DNA of 48,983 nt from a virus: UHGV virus genome UHGV-0385359. One strand, written 5' to 3'. Position numbers and translations under genes: made by a program. The notes under the pieces are model-generated. The model was not told the origin of the DNA, made no database searches, and saw only the letters and a program-made list of their open reading frames with translations. Positions within the stretch are counted from its first letter, which is position 1. Every line of letters starts with the position of its first letter. This document shows, piece after piece, positions 8,683-16,512 of the stretch.

Positions 8683-9078
8683 CTATGATGTGTGGTAAGA
8701 AACAGTAGTGACAACATTTCCAGCTGAATCGATGCAAAATTTAATATAAAAGTGACAATCCATTTCCTTGTAAGCAGCTTCTATCCATGCACTTTCAACC
8801 CAGGTATATGAGTCACACGCAGCCCAAGTATCTGGTTCGCTAAGCTCGCACCATTCTGACTGGTGAAACCTACCGCCTGTTACAGCATGTTTGATAATGT
8901 TCTTTAAGTCATCAGCATCTTTAGATAGGTCTCTAAGGTTTCTCCTGCACTTCTTAGTGCCGATCACCATAGTTGCAGCATCTATAATACTCAGGATGTC
9001 AGCATAAAGCGGGCCACCTGGGATTTGTTGTTTCTCCCCAGGAAAGTCTGATGAATGACGACTCACTATAGTTACCAT
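8683..9078 (-). CDS. MqsR-like toxin (putative mRNA interferase); start uncertain
   Basis: Sits directly upstream of the MqsA-like gene (toxin-first order, as in mqsRA). Weak but colinear similarity to MqsR, e.g. the C-terminal HFYIKFCIDSAGNVVTTVSY region versus YLKITVIHDVLIVSF. Confidence 0.5.
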   Translation of the reverse strand: MVTIVSRHSSDFPGEKQQIPGGPLYADILSIIDAATMVIGTKKCRRNLRDLSKDADDLKNIIKHAVTGGRFHQSEWCELSEPDTWAACDSYTWVESAWIEAAYKEMDCHFYIKFCIDSAGNVVTTVSYHTS

Positions 9079-9174
9079 TATGGTAAGTTCACTCCTTCCA
9101 TGTCAATGCAGATTGTGCTTATAGTTACCTACGCTTCCTGTACGTCTGCAGCATACTGTTGTCCGATTACGAAC

Positions 9175-9273
9175 TTATGCCCCCGGTGTGGCATACCCAC
9201 CCACAACAAACCAGGTTAAGAATGCGACTGCAACGATAAACACCAATATGGGGAAGGCTATCCCAATTCTCAT
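9175..9273 (-). CDS. small hydrophobic peptide (32 aa: MRIGIAFPILVFIVAVAFLTWFVVGGYATPGA)
   Basis: Strong RBS GGAGGG-N4-ATG. Single predicted TM helix. Below the ORF-track size cutoff. Confidence 0.45.
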   Translation of the reverse strand: MRIGIAFPILVFIVAVAFLTWFVVGGYATPGA

Positions 9274-9355
9274 AAATCCCTCCTCAAAAATTACCTGTAG
9301 CTCATATAATTGCTGTGAACCGTTTCCGACCTCGCTCAAGCGTCTCTTTCGTTCA

Positions 9356-9433
9356 TCACCAGTAAACGAGCAACTGTACGATCACAACGACAACAAGCAA
9401 CGTAACAAACCCAATAATCAGATTGTCTCTCAT
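9356..9433 (-). CDS. small hydrophobic peptide (25 aa: MRDNLIIGFVTLLVVVVIVQLLVYW)
   Basis: ATG with double stop TGATGA. Tandem and co-oriented with the other small membrane ORFs. Weak RBS. Confidence 0.3.
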   Translation of the reverse strand: MRDNLIIGFVTLLVVVVIVQLLVYW

Positions 9434-9614
9434 TAGCTATCAGCTCTCTTTAGTTGAATGCTAACGTCGACTAACCACACGGATAGCTGACCTTACTATC
9501 AGCATGATTGACGCATAACATGCTGAATTTAATGATCATTAATTACTATAACCAAAAGTAACTTTCGCCCACAGGGCTACACATTATTCCTGTATGCTAC
9601 CATCATCACTCTGG

Positions 9615-9809
9615 CTAAAGAAAAAGCACCACTACGGTCACAGCTACAAACGCAGCAAAAAGCATAGCCATGACGACAATGGCAAATGTCGTTGAATCCT
9701 GAATGTATGTTTTCTCCTGGCCCCTCATTGGGCCAAAAAATATAATCCAAATGAAGATGGCGGTGATTGAGATAACAGTGACTGCTATGAAAAACAGAAC
9801 CTCTCTCAA
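9615..9809 (-). CDS. small membrane protein (64 aa, two TM segments)
   Basis: TTG start preceded by G-rich SD-like AAGGGGGGG. Strongly hydrophobic. Confidence 0.4.
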   Translation of the reverse strand: MREVLFFIAVTVISITAIFIWIIFFGPMRGQEKTYIQDSTTFAIVVMAMLFAAFVAVTVVVLFL

Positions 9810-9910
9810 TTCCCCCCCTTACTTCAATGGCAAACCACACCAAAGCTCGCAGAGTGCATACCAGGCTGTCACACATGACAAAGTAACGAGGATACCTGAT
9901 CTCATAGCGC

Positions 9911-10066
9911 TCAAAGAGACATGCCGATAACGGCATTAACCACACTGGACGCCATAAACACGCCACCAACGATGAAACTCGCCTGGTTCTTCCTGGTAGC
10001 GCCAAGAGTCAACAGAACCACTGAAAGGGCAAAGAAAGGTATCGCGATTATGCTGAACGTGTTCAT
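9911..10066 (-). CDS. small membrane protein (51 aa, two TM segments) immediately downstream of cI
   Basis: AGGA-N8-ATG. The start lies 11 nt after the cI stop codon. MNTFSIIAIPFFALSVVLLTLG... Confidence 0.45.
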   Translation of the reverse strand: MNTFSIIAIPFFALSVVLLTLGATRKNQASFIVGGVFMASSVVNAVIGMSL

Positions 10067-10076
10067 GTATTTCGTC

Positions 10077-10811
10077 CTATAGGCGATTGTATCTAATGGA
10101 CTCGTGTATCAACGCTTTACCCATTACATACAGCTGGTCTTGCGATTTTTCATCAATGTACCACTTCTCATAAGCTGGGTTATCAGAGAGAACGGCAAGG
10201 CGATCACCCTGCATCTGAAGGCGCTTGACGTGGAACGTTCTGCCGTACACGAAAGAGTAAACGCCATCAGTCTGGAAATGCCGGACTGATATATCGACGA
10301 ACAGCCGATCCCCGGAAACGAGAGTAGGCGCCATGCTGTCACCATTGACAGTCATCACTTTCACATCTTCATGAGAGCGATTTCCGAAGAGTGAACGGGC
10401 ATGCTCGGTGGTGAACTCGATTGCATACAGCACTTCAACATAGTCCGAAAGCATGTAGTTTCCGGGGCCAGCACTGACAGCCAGATCCAGAACTTCAACG
10501 CGATAAACATCCTGATCAGAATTATTAACCATGCGTTTCACTTCCCCAGAATCAGTGGCCTCACCTACACCGTACTCCAGCCATTCCGCGCGGACGCCAA
10601 GCACTTTGCTGAGGGCTACTATTTTCTGACTGTCTGGGATGGCTTGGGCATTGAACCACTTCCAAACTCCAGGTGTAGTTATCTCTACCCCAGCTTTATT
10701 AAGCAGGTCCGCAAGGTTTTTATTTCTTCCGCGCCCCGTCAACCCTGCAAGCTGGCAAACGTGTAGCAATCTGGCCGTGAAGCCTTCTTTCGTTTCGTCT
10801 CTCTTAACCAT
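10077..10811 (-). CDS. cI: CI-type prophage repressor (HTH + S24 LexA-like peptidase)
   Basis: N-terminal HTH. C-terminal GDSMAPTL...KR (Ser/Lys dyad autocleavage domain). Divergent from cro across an operator region. Confidence 0.85.
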   Translation of the reverse strand: MVKRDETKEGFTARLLHVCQLAGLTGRGRNKNLADLLNKAGVEITTPGVWKWFNAQAIPDSQKIVALSKVLGVRAEWLEYGVGEATDSGEVKRMVNNSDQDVYRVEVLDLAVSAGPGNYMLSDYVEVLYAIEFTTEHARSLFGNRSHEDVKVMTVNGDSMAPTLVSGDRLFVDISVRHFQTDGVYSFVYGRTFHVKRLQMQGDRLAVLSDNPAYEKWYIDEKSQDQLYVMGKALIHESIRYNRL

Positions 10812-10876
10812 TGGTTAAATATCCGGGAACTTGACTTTACTGTCAGTTAATATTTATTATTAACTTGTGGTTAATT
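10804..10876. promoter_or_regulatory. OR operator cluster / PRM-PR region
   Basis: ttaaccattggttaa (10804-10818), ttaacttgtggttaa (10862-10876), and a palindromic gttaatatttattattaac site between them. Same TTAAC-N5-GTTAA motif as at OL. Confidence 0.55.
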
Positions 10877-10894
10877 TTGAAATCAGGAGAGATA

Positions 10895-11143
10895 ATGAAC
10901 GCTGTAGAAATTGCAGTTGACGCTGTTGGCGGGCAAACAGCAGCCGCAAAAATTTGCGGTTTATCCCCGGTAGCAGTCCACAGATGGGTTAAGAACGCCT
11001 GTCTTCCGCGGACTGAATACACCAAAAAAACGGAATACGCAGAGCTACTTGCAGCTAATTCAGCAGGTAAGTTTACGGCCGCGTGGCTGCTGGAAAACGC
11101 AAATCCTGATCGCCCTGAAAAGGTAAATGATTCAGCGGCCTAA
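10895..11143 (+). CDS. cro: Cro/YdaS-family transcriptional regulator
   Basis: 82 aa. CAGGAGAG RBS. GGQTAAAKICGLSPVAVHRW HTH typical of YdaS/Cro-like proteins. Divergent from cI. Confidence 0.7.
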   Translation: MNAVEIAVDAVGGQTAAAKICGLSPVAVHRWVKNACLPRTEYTKKTEYAELLAANSAGKFTAAWLLENANPDRPEKVNDSAA

Positions 11144-11171
11144 ACATAACCACAGAATCAAGGGGTTAACC

Positions 11172-11663
11172 GTGGGTAACGAACCTGAGTGGAAAGTGGA
11201 GCGTCAGCCAGCATGGCTGGTGGCCGCAATTAAAAAGACCATCACCGAACTTCCTGGCGGATATGCAGAAGCAGCGGAATGGCTGGGAGTGACAGAAAAC
11301 TCTCTTTTCAATCGGCTACGCATTGAAGGAGACCAAATCTTCCCGCTTGGCTGGGCGCTAGTGTTACAGCGCGCTGGTGGCTCAAACCATATAGCTGACG
11401 CCGTAGCCCGCCATTCAAACGGTGTCTTTGTTCCGCTTGCAGATGTTGATGATGTGGATAACGGGGATATCAATCAGCGCCTTATGGAGTCGATCGAATG
11501 GATTGGCAAACATTCTCACTACGTCCGTAAAGCCACTGCTGACGGAATCATTGATGAGGCAGAACGAGCTCAGATCGAGGAGAACAGTTACAAGGTCATG
11601 GCTAAGTGGCAGGAACACATCACGCTGCTGTATCGCGTTTTTTGTGTTTCTGAAAAAGAGTGA
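11172..11663 (+). CDS. CII-like regulator (YdaT / 186-CII family); GTG start inferred
   Basis: HTH AEAAEWLGVTENSLFNRL resembles 186 CII / YdaT. AAGGGG-N6-GTG. An alternative ATG at 11127 lies inside cro. Confidence 0.5.
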   Translation: MGNEPEWKVERQPAWLVAAIKKTITELPGGYAEAAEWLGVTENSLFNRLRIEGDQIFPLGWALVLQRAGGSNHIADAVARHSNGVFVPLADVDDVDNGDINQRLMESIEWIGKHSHYVRKATADGIIDEAERAQIEENSYKVMAKWQEHITLLYRVFCVSEKE

Positions 11664-11892
11664 CGCCCGCAGGTGTGCAGCCTCGGGCGTCTGGCGAACA
11701 ACTCTTCGTGTATGGAGAAATAATCCGCATGAGCAATTTAATCGTAAATTCTCATTTACCGCAACTCAGGATGATCCCTGTTCCGGGTTCACCGTCGTTT
11801 CGGTATGAGCGCAGAGTATCAAACCGCTGGGTTACGTGTAACCACAGCCGCGCGACCGCAATTGTGGGGGTATTTAACCGGAGGGCGGCGCA

Positions 11893-12606
11893 ATGGTTCA
11901 GCAAATAAACGGGGTTAATGTTCTGGCACCAGCACCTTTGCTGGTTAATGGTCGCGTAACGATGAGCAGTCGAGAAATTTCTACGCTGACTGGCAAGCAA
12001 CACGGTCATGTTTGCCGGGACATCGAAACAATGCTGGAGCAGCTTGGGGAACGATCTGAAGGGTATATCCATATTTGGACACACCCACAGAATGGTCAGC
12101 AATACAGAGAGTTCCGCCTTGATCGTGAGCATACCGAATGCTTAATCACCGGATACAGTGCAGTGCTGCGGATGAAAATTATCCGTCGTCTGAGAGAGTT
12201 AGAAGAGGGGCATACGCCGCTGCCGCAGACCCTACCGGAAGCACTTCGTCTGGCTGCCGATATGGCAGAGCAGAATGCGGCGCTGGTAAGCAAGGTACAA
12301 CAGGACGCGCCAAAAGTGGCATTCGTAGAACAGTACGTAGAGGCCGGTGGCGCGAAAAGCCTGCGGGAGACCGCGAAGATCCTCAATATGCCTGAAAAGG
12401 CGATGATCGACGCTCTGGTACGCGACAAAGTCCTTTTCCGACAGTCCGGCAATCTGCTTCCACACGCACTGCGCCAGCGTGATGGCCTGTTCACTGTAAA
12501 GACCGGTTCATCTGAGTTTGGTCATGCCTATACGCAGACCCGCGTAACGCCCCGCGGCGTCCAGTGGATAGCTGATCGCTACGCTTCAGAACTGATGAGA
12601 GGCTGA
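11893..12606 (+). CDS. Rha-family regulator / antirepressor (pRha N-domain + KilAC C-domain)
   Basis: N-terminal SSREISTLTGKQHGHVCRDI (Phage_pRha-like) and a C-terminal KilA-C-like region. GGAGGG RBS. Confidence 0.7.
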   Translation: MVQQINGVNVLAPAPLLVNGRVTMSSREISTLTGKQHGHVCRDIETMLEQLGERSEGYIHIWTHPQNGQQYREFRLDREHTECLITGYSAVLRMKIIRRLRELEEGHTPLPQTLPEALRLAADMAEQNAALVSKVQQDAPKVAFVEQYVEAGGAKSLRETAKILNMPEKAMIDALVRDKVLFRQSGNLLPHALRQRDGLFTVKTGSSEFGHAYTQTRVTPRGVQWIADRYASELMRG

Positions 12607-12607
12607 T

Positions 12608-12787
12608 ATGGAAGAGAATATTCAGCCACTTAACCAGTATTACCAGGATCACCACGGAATCATTGTCCATGTCACCGGGTACGATCACGATCGCCAGCGC
12701 GTTATTTACCGTCGCGCCGGTTATGAGTGGGAGTGCGCCGCGCCAAAAATTATTTTTCGTGCCAGATTCAAGAGGATAGACAAGTGA
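12608..12787 (+). CDS. hypothetical small protein (59 aa)
   Basis: ATG overlapping the Rha stop (TGATATG). Ends in a GTGA overlap with the replication gene start. Confidence 0.4.
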   Translation: MEENIQPLNQYYQDHHGIIVHVTGYDHDRQRVIYRRAGYEWECAAPKIIFRARFKRIDK

Positions 12788-13776
12788 GCACATTGATTCA
12801 GCTTCTTGATCGTCCGATCGCATATAACCCGGCATTTGCAAAGTTAAAAGCAGGGAAAGTAAAGGCTGGCCCGGTTGCGGCAGTATTCCTTTCCCAGCTT
12901 GTTTACTGGCATAACCGAATGGATGGCGGATGGATGTATAAAACCCAGGCCGATATCTCATCAGAGACGGCGCTGACGCGTGACGAGCAGGAAACAGCGC
13001 GTAAACGCCTGGTAGCGCTTGGCGTGCTGGAAGAAGACCGCCGGGGCGTACCTGCAACAATGCACTACCGCATCAATACCGAACGGCTTGAAGCGCTGCT
13101 GCTGGAGACGGCGAAGCCAGTGAAGAAGGCCAGCCAGGATAAAACCAGATTGCGGAACCTCCAGAATGTGGAAACCCCGCAATCTGGATTGGTGCAGTCC
13201 CGCAAACTGGATTGCGGTGATGCCGCAAACAAGAATGCGGAAGTTCCGCAAACAAGTTCGGGGCAACCCACCGAACAAGCCTGCGGTGACCCCACAAACT
13301 TTCATACAGGAGATTACACAGAGAATACTCAGGAGACTACACAGGAGAATAACCCCTCTTGTCCGGTTCCTGCGGAACCCGACCCCGAAGTGACGATTAC
13401 CGATCAGGCCATCGAGGTTTTAACCCACCTGAACCGGGTAAGCGGCTCCCGTTTCCAGAAATCAAAAACCTCTCTCGAAAATATCCGTGGGCGGCTGCGC
13501 GACGGGTACAGCGTCAGTGATTTGAAGCTGGTCATCGATCTGAAACATGAGCACTGGCATGACAACGACGAGCAATACCAGTACATGCGCCCCGAAACCC
13601 TGTTTGGGCCGAAGAAGTTCGAGGGTTATCTGCAAAGCGCCACACGCTGGGAAAGCCGGGGCAGGCCACCACGCGATGAATGGGGGAAAAAGCAGCCAGT
13701 AACTACGGCGCTTGCCCGTTCAAGTTTCCAGGGGGTTGATTATTCATTGCCAGAGAATTCGGGGTTTCGCCAATGA
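12784..13776 (+). CDS. replication initiation protein (N-terminal winged-helix + conserved phage replication C-terminal domain); GTG start
   Basis: AGAGGA-N9-GTG. N-terminal region is like phage replisome-organiser proteins. C-terminal EVLTHLNRVSGSRFQ...LRDGYSVSDLKLVI is typical of the conserved phage C-terminal domain. Internal iterons. Confidence 0.65.
   Translation: MSTLIQLLDRPIAYNPAFAKLKAGKVKAGPVAAVFLSQLVYWHNRMDGGWMYKTQADISSETALTRDEQETARKRLVALGVLEEDRRGVPATMHYRINTERLEALLLETAKPVKKASQDKTRLRNLQNVETPQSGLVQSRKLDCGDAANKNAEVPQTSSGQPTEQACGDPTNFHTGDYTENTQETTQENNPSCPVPAEPDPEVTITDQAIEVLTHLNRVSGSRFQKSKTSLENIRGRLRDGYSVSDLKLVIDLKHEHWHDNDEQYQYMRPETLFGPKKFEGYLQSATRWESRGRPPRDEWGKKQPVTTALARSSFQGVDYSLPENSGFRQ
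13141..13300. repeat. iteron cluster (putative ori) inside the replication initiator gene
   Basis: At least 7 copies of TTGCGG / CCGCAA(A/T)C motifs in both orientations, e.g. ttgcggaacc, ccccgcaatctgg, cccgcaaactgg, attgcggtg, gccgcaaacaag, aatgcggaagttccgcaaacaag. Confidence 0.55.
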
Positions 13777-14660
13777 CGACAAATAAATATTGCCAGGTGC
13801 TGGCAGAACTGCGCAACCGCAGAGCGCATTATCTGAAAGATGTTGGCGATCAGTGGCGGACACCGGATCTGCTTTTTTGGGGCATTAATGCGATGTTCGG
13901 CCCCCTGACACTGGATCTCTTTGCTGACGACGATAACGCTAAGTGCCCTGTGTGGTACACCGCCGATGATAACGCGCTGGTGCAGGATTGGGCGGAAATG
14001 CTTGCCTCCATCGGTGGCGCCGCGTTCGGCAATCCGCCCTATAGCCGATCGCAATACGATGGTAAGCAGGCGATCACCGGCATGAGTCATATCATGAGCT
14101 ATGCCTCTGCCATGCGTGAAAAGGGCGGTCGCTATGTGTTCCTAATCAAAGCGGCACCGAGTGAAACATGGTGGCCTGAAGACGCTGATCATATTGTTTT
14201 CATCCGTGGCCGCATTGGCTTCGACCTTCCTGCATGGTTTATCCCGGCAGACGAGAAACAGCAGCCTACCAGCGCATTTTTCGCTGGCGCCATAGTGGTA
14301 TTCGATAAGACATGGCGTGGCGAGCGTTTCAGCTACATTCATCGCAGTGATCTGGAGGCTAAGGGGCGGGCATTTATGTCGCTGGCCCAATTTGCCGCGG
14401 CAAAAGTGGCGCCGCCAGCCCCGGTGGAAGACGTTATGCCTGCTGGCTTGGGACAGCCAGAAGTGGAGTCGCGTATCTGGCCGCTGGAGGTTGGCCTGGT
14501 ATTCAATCAGGTTGAGGGTGCGGATTCTCTGGAGTTGGCCCAGCAGAACAAGCTGAAGGCGAACATCAATCAGCTCTGGCTTGAGCGTATGCCCACCAGC
14601 GAAATAATCACCGTGGCTGGTGGTCTGGTCAACAGCATGCAGGGAGCCGTCAATGCGTGA
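13773..14660 (+). CDS. phage N6-adenine DNA methyltransferase (Dam-like)
   Basis: GNPPYS (DPPY-type) catalytic motif. ATGA overlap with the replication gene. Confidence 0.8.
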   Translation: MTTNKYCQVLAELRNRRAHYLKDVGDQWRTPDLLFWGINAMFGPLTLDLFADDDNAKCPVWYTADDNALVQDWAEMLASIGGAAFGNPPYSRSQYDGKQAITGMSHIMSYASAMREKGGRYVFLIKAAPSETWWPEDADHIVFIRGRIGFDLPAWFIPADEKQQPTSAFFAGAIVVFDKTWRGERFSYIHRSDLEAKGRAFMSLAQFAAAKVAPPAPVEDVMPAGLGQPEVESRIWPLEVGLVFNQVEGADSLELAQQNKLKANINQLWLERMPTSEIITVAGGLVNSMQGAVNA

Positions 14661-16512
14661 AATTATCGTTGATAACTTTGCTGGTGGCGGCGGCGCGAGT
14701 ACCGGGATCGAGCTGGCGATCGGGCGCAGCGTGGATATTGCCATCAACCACGACGAAAACGCGATCGCTATGCATAAGACTAACCACCCGGACACCCTGC
14801 ATTATTGCGAGTCCGTTTTTGACATTGATCCGCTGGCGGCCACAGGCGGTAATCCGGTCGGCCTCGCATGGTTTAGTCCTGATTGCCGCCACTTCTCAAA
14901 GGCGAAGGGTGCTAAGCCGGTAAAAAAAGAAATTCGCGGTCTGGCGTGGGTAGTGGTGCGCTGGGCGCTGGCGAAACGCCCGCGTGTCATGATGCTGGAG
15001 AACGTGGAGGAGTTCAAAACGTGGGGGCCGCTGCTGGCAGACGAAATGCGCCCGGATCCATCCCGCACGGGCGAAACCTTCGCGGCGTTTGTCGGCATGC
15101 TGTCTGATGGCATCCCAGCGGATCATCCCGCCCTGGCGGAGGTGTGCGAGTTTCTGTCCATACCGGAAGGTAGTGAGCAGGCGCAGCGCCTTATTAACGG
15201 GCTGGGCTACGGCATCGATTACCGCGAGCTGCGAGCCTGCGACTTCGGCGCGCCGACGATCCGCAAGCGATTCTTTATGATTATGCGTTGTGACGGGAAA
15301 CCGATTGCTTGGCCTGAGCCGACACATGGCGATCCGAAATCACCGGCAGTCCAGGCGGGTAAGCTGGCACCGTGGCGCACCGCTGCGGAATGCATAGACT
15401 GGTCTATCCCTGCACCATCGATATTCGATCGCAAAAAGCCACTGGCAGAAAATACCCTCAAGCGCATTGCGCGCGGCATTCAGCGATTTGTTATCGACAG
15501 TGCGTCGCCGTTCATCGTGAAGTGCAACCACATCAGCACCAAAACGCAATACGACTGTTTCCGGGGGCAGGCGTTGGGCGAACCGTTACAGACGATCACG
15601 AAAACTCATGGTTACGCCATCGCAGTACCACATCTGACTCCGTTCCTGGCTGGCAGCGGCGGCAGTGAGTACCAGGCTAAGCCGCGCCCGCTGGATAAAC
15701 CTGCTCACACCATACTGAAACAATCCCGGGCATGTGTTGTTGCGCCGGTTATCGCCCGACAGTTTGGGGCCAGCGTCGGCCACCGGGCAGACGAGCCAAG
15801 CGCGACAATTACCGCAGGCGGTGGCGGCAAGTCTCAGTTAGTTGTCCCAACACTCATTCAAACTGGATACGGTGAAAGACCCGGTCAACATCCGCGAGTA
15901 CCCGGGCTTGATAAACCACTTGGCACTGTCGTTGCTGGCGGCTGTAAGCATGCTGTTGTGGGGGCCTTTCTCGCAAAGCACTACGGCGGCAACTATACGG
16001 GGCCGGGCGTCGGGCTGAATGAACCCACTCATTCAGTTACGACAGTTGATCACCACGCTGTTGTAACATCCCATCTGATTCATTTGCGAGGGTTCTGCAA
16101 AGACGGTCAGAAGATGGATCAACCGGTGCCAACGATTACCGCCGGAGGACAGCATGTTGGGGAGGTGAAAACCACTCTGGCAGTTGAGCACTACGACGAA
16201 CAGCGCGCGCAGCAGACGCTGGCATTCCTGCGTGAATATTGCGGCGAAGACTGCACCGGGCTGGTGGATATCGACGGGATCACATACCGGATTGTTGACA
16301 TCGGAATGCGCATGCTGCAACCGCATGAGCTTTACCGCGCGCAGGGCTTCCCGGACTGGTACATCATCGATCGGGATTATCGCGGCGTGAAGTATGCAAA
16401 GGATAAGCAGGTTGCACGCTGCGGTAATGCTGTGCCGCCACCGTTCGCCGAGGCTTTAGTGCGCGCGAATCTGCCGGAAATGTGTGCAGAGCAGCAGAGG
16501 GAGGTTGCGTGA
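14653..16512 (+). CDS. DNA cytosine-C5 methyltransferase (large, about 619 aa)
   Basis: Motif I DNFAGGGGAS, ENV motif (MMLENVEEF), Cys-containing SPDCRHFS. ATG overlaps the dam stop (ATGCGTGA). GGAG RBS. Confidence 0.65.
   Translation: MREIIVDNFAGGGGASTGIELAIGRSVDIAINHDENAIAMHKTNHPDTLHYCESVFDIDPLAATGGNPVGLAWFSPDCRHFSKAKGAKPVKKEIRGLAWVVVRWALAKRPRVMMLENVEEFKTWGPLLADEMRPDPSRTGETFAAFVGMLSDGIPADHPALAEVCEFLSIPEGSEQAQRLINGLGYGIDYRELRACDFGAPTIRKRFFMIMRCDGKPIAWPEPTHGDPKSPAVQAGKLAPWRTAAECIDWSIPAPSIFDRKKPLAENTLKRIARGIQRFVIDSASPFIVKCNHISTKTQYDCFRGQALGEPLQTITKTHGYAIAVPHLTPFLAGSGGSEYQAKPRPLDKPAHTILKQSRACVVAPVIARQFGASVGHRADEPSATITAGGGGKSQLVVPTLIQTGYGERPGQHPRVPGLDKPLGTVVAGGCKHAVVGAFLAKHYGGNYTGPGVGLNEPTHSVTTVDHHAVVTSHLIHLRGFCKDGQKMDQPVPTITAGGQHVGEVKTTLAVEHYDEQRAQQTLAFLREYCGEDCTGLVDIDGITYRIVDIGMRMLQPHELYRAQGFPDWYIIDRDYRGVKYAKDKQVARCGNAVPPPFAEALVRANLPEMCAEQQREVA

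Noticed and set aside
9188-9436. 82-aa plus-strand ORF antisense to the two smallest hydrophobic peptide genes
   Set aside because: No RBS, low-complexity composition. It lies antisense to better-supported RBS-bearing minus-strand ORFs. At most it is an antisense transcript, not a protein.
9577-10005. 142-aa minus-strand ORF (Cys/His-rich) spanning the small-membrane-protein region
   Set aside because: Composition looks non-protein-like. It overlaps, in other frames, two hydrophobic ORFs that have RBSs and membrane-protein character.
11660-11908. 82-aa ORF between the CII-like gene and rha
   Set aside because: No RBS for any in-frame start. The region more plausibly holds terminator or regulatory elements.
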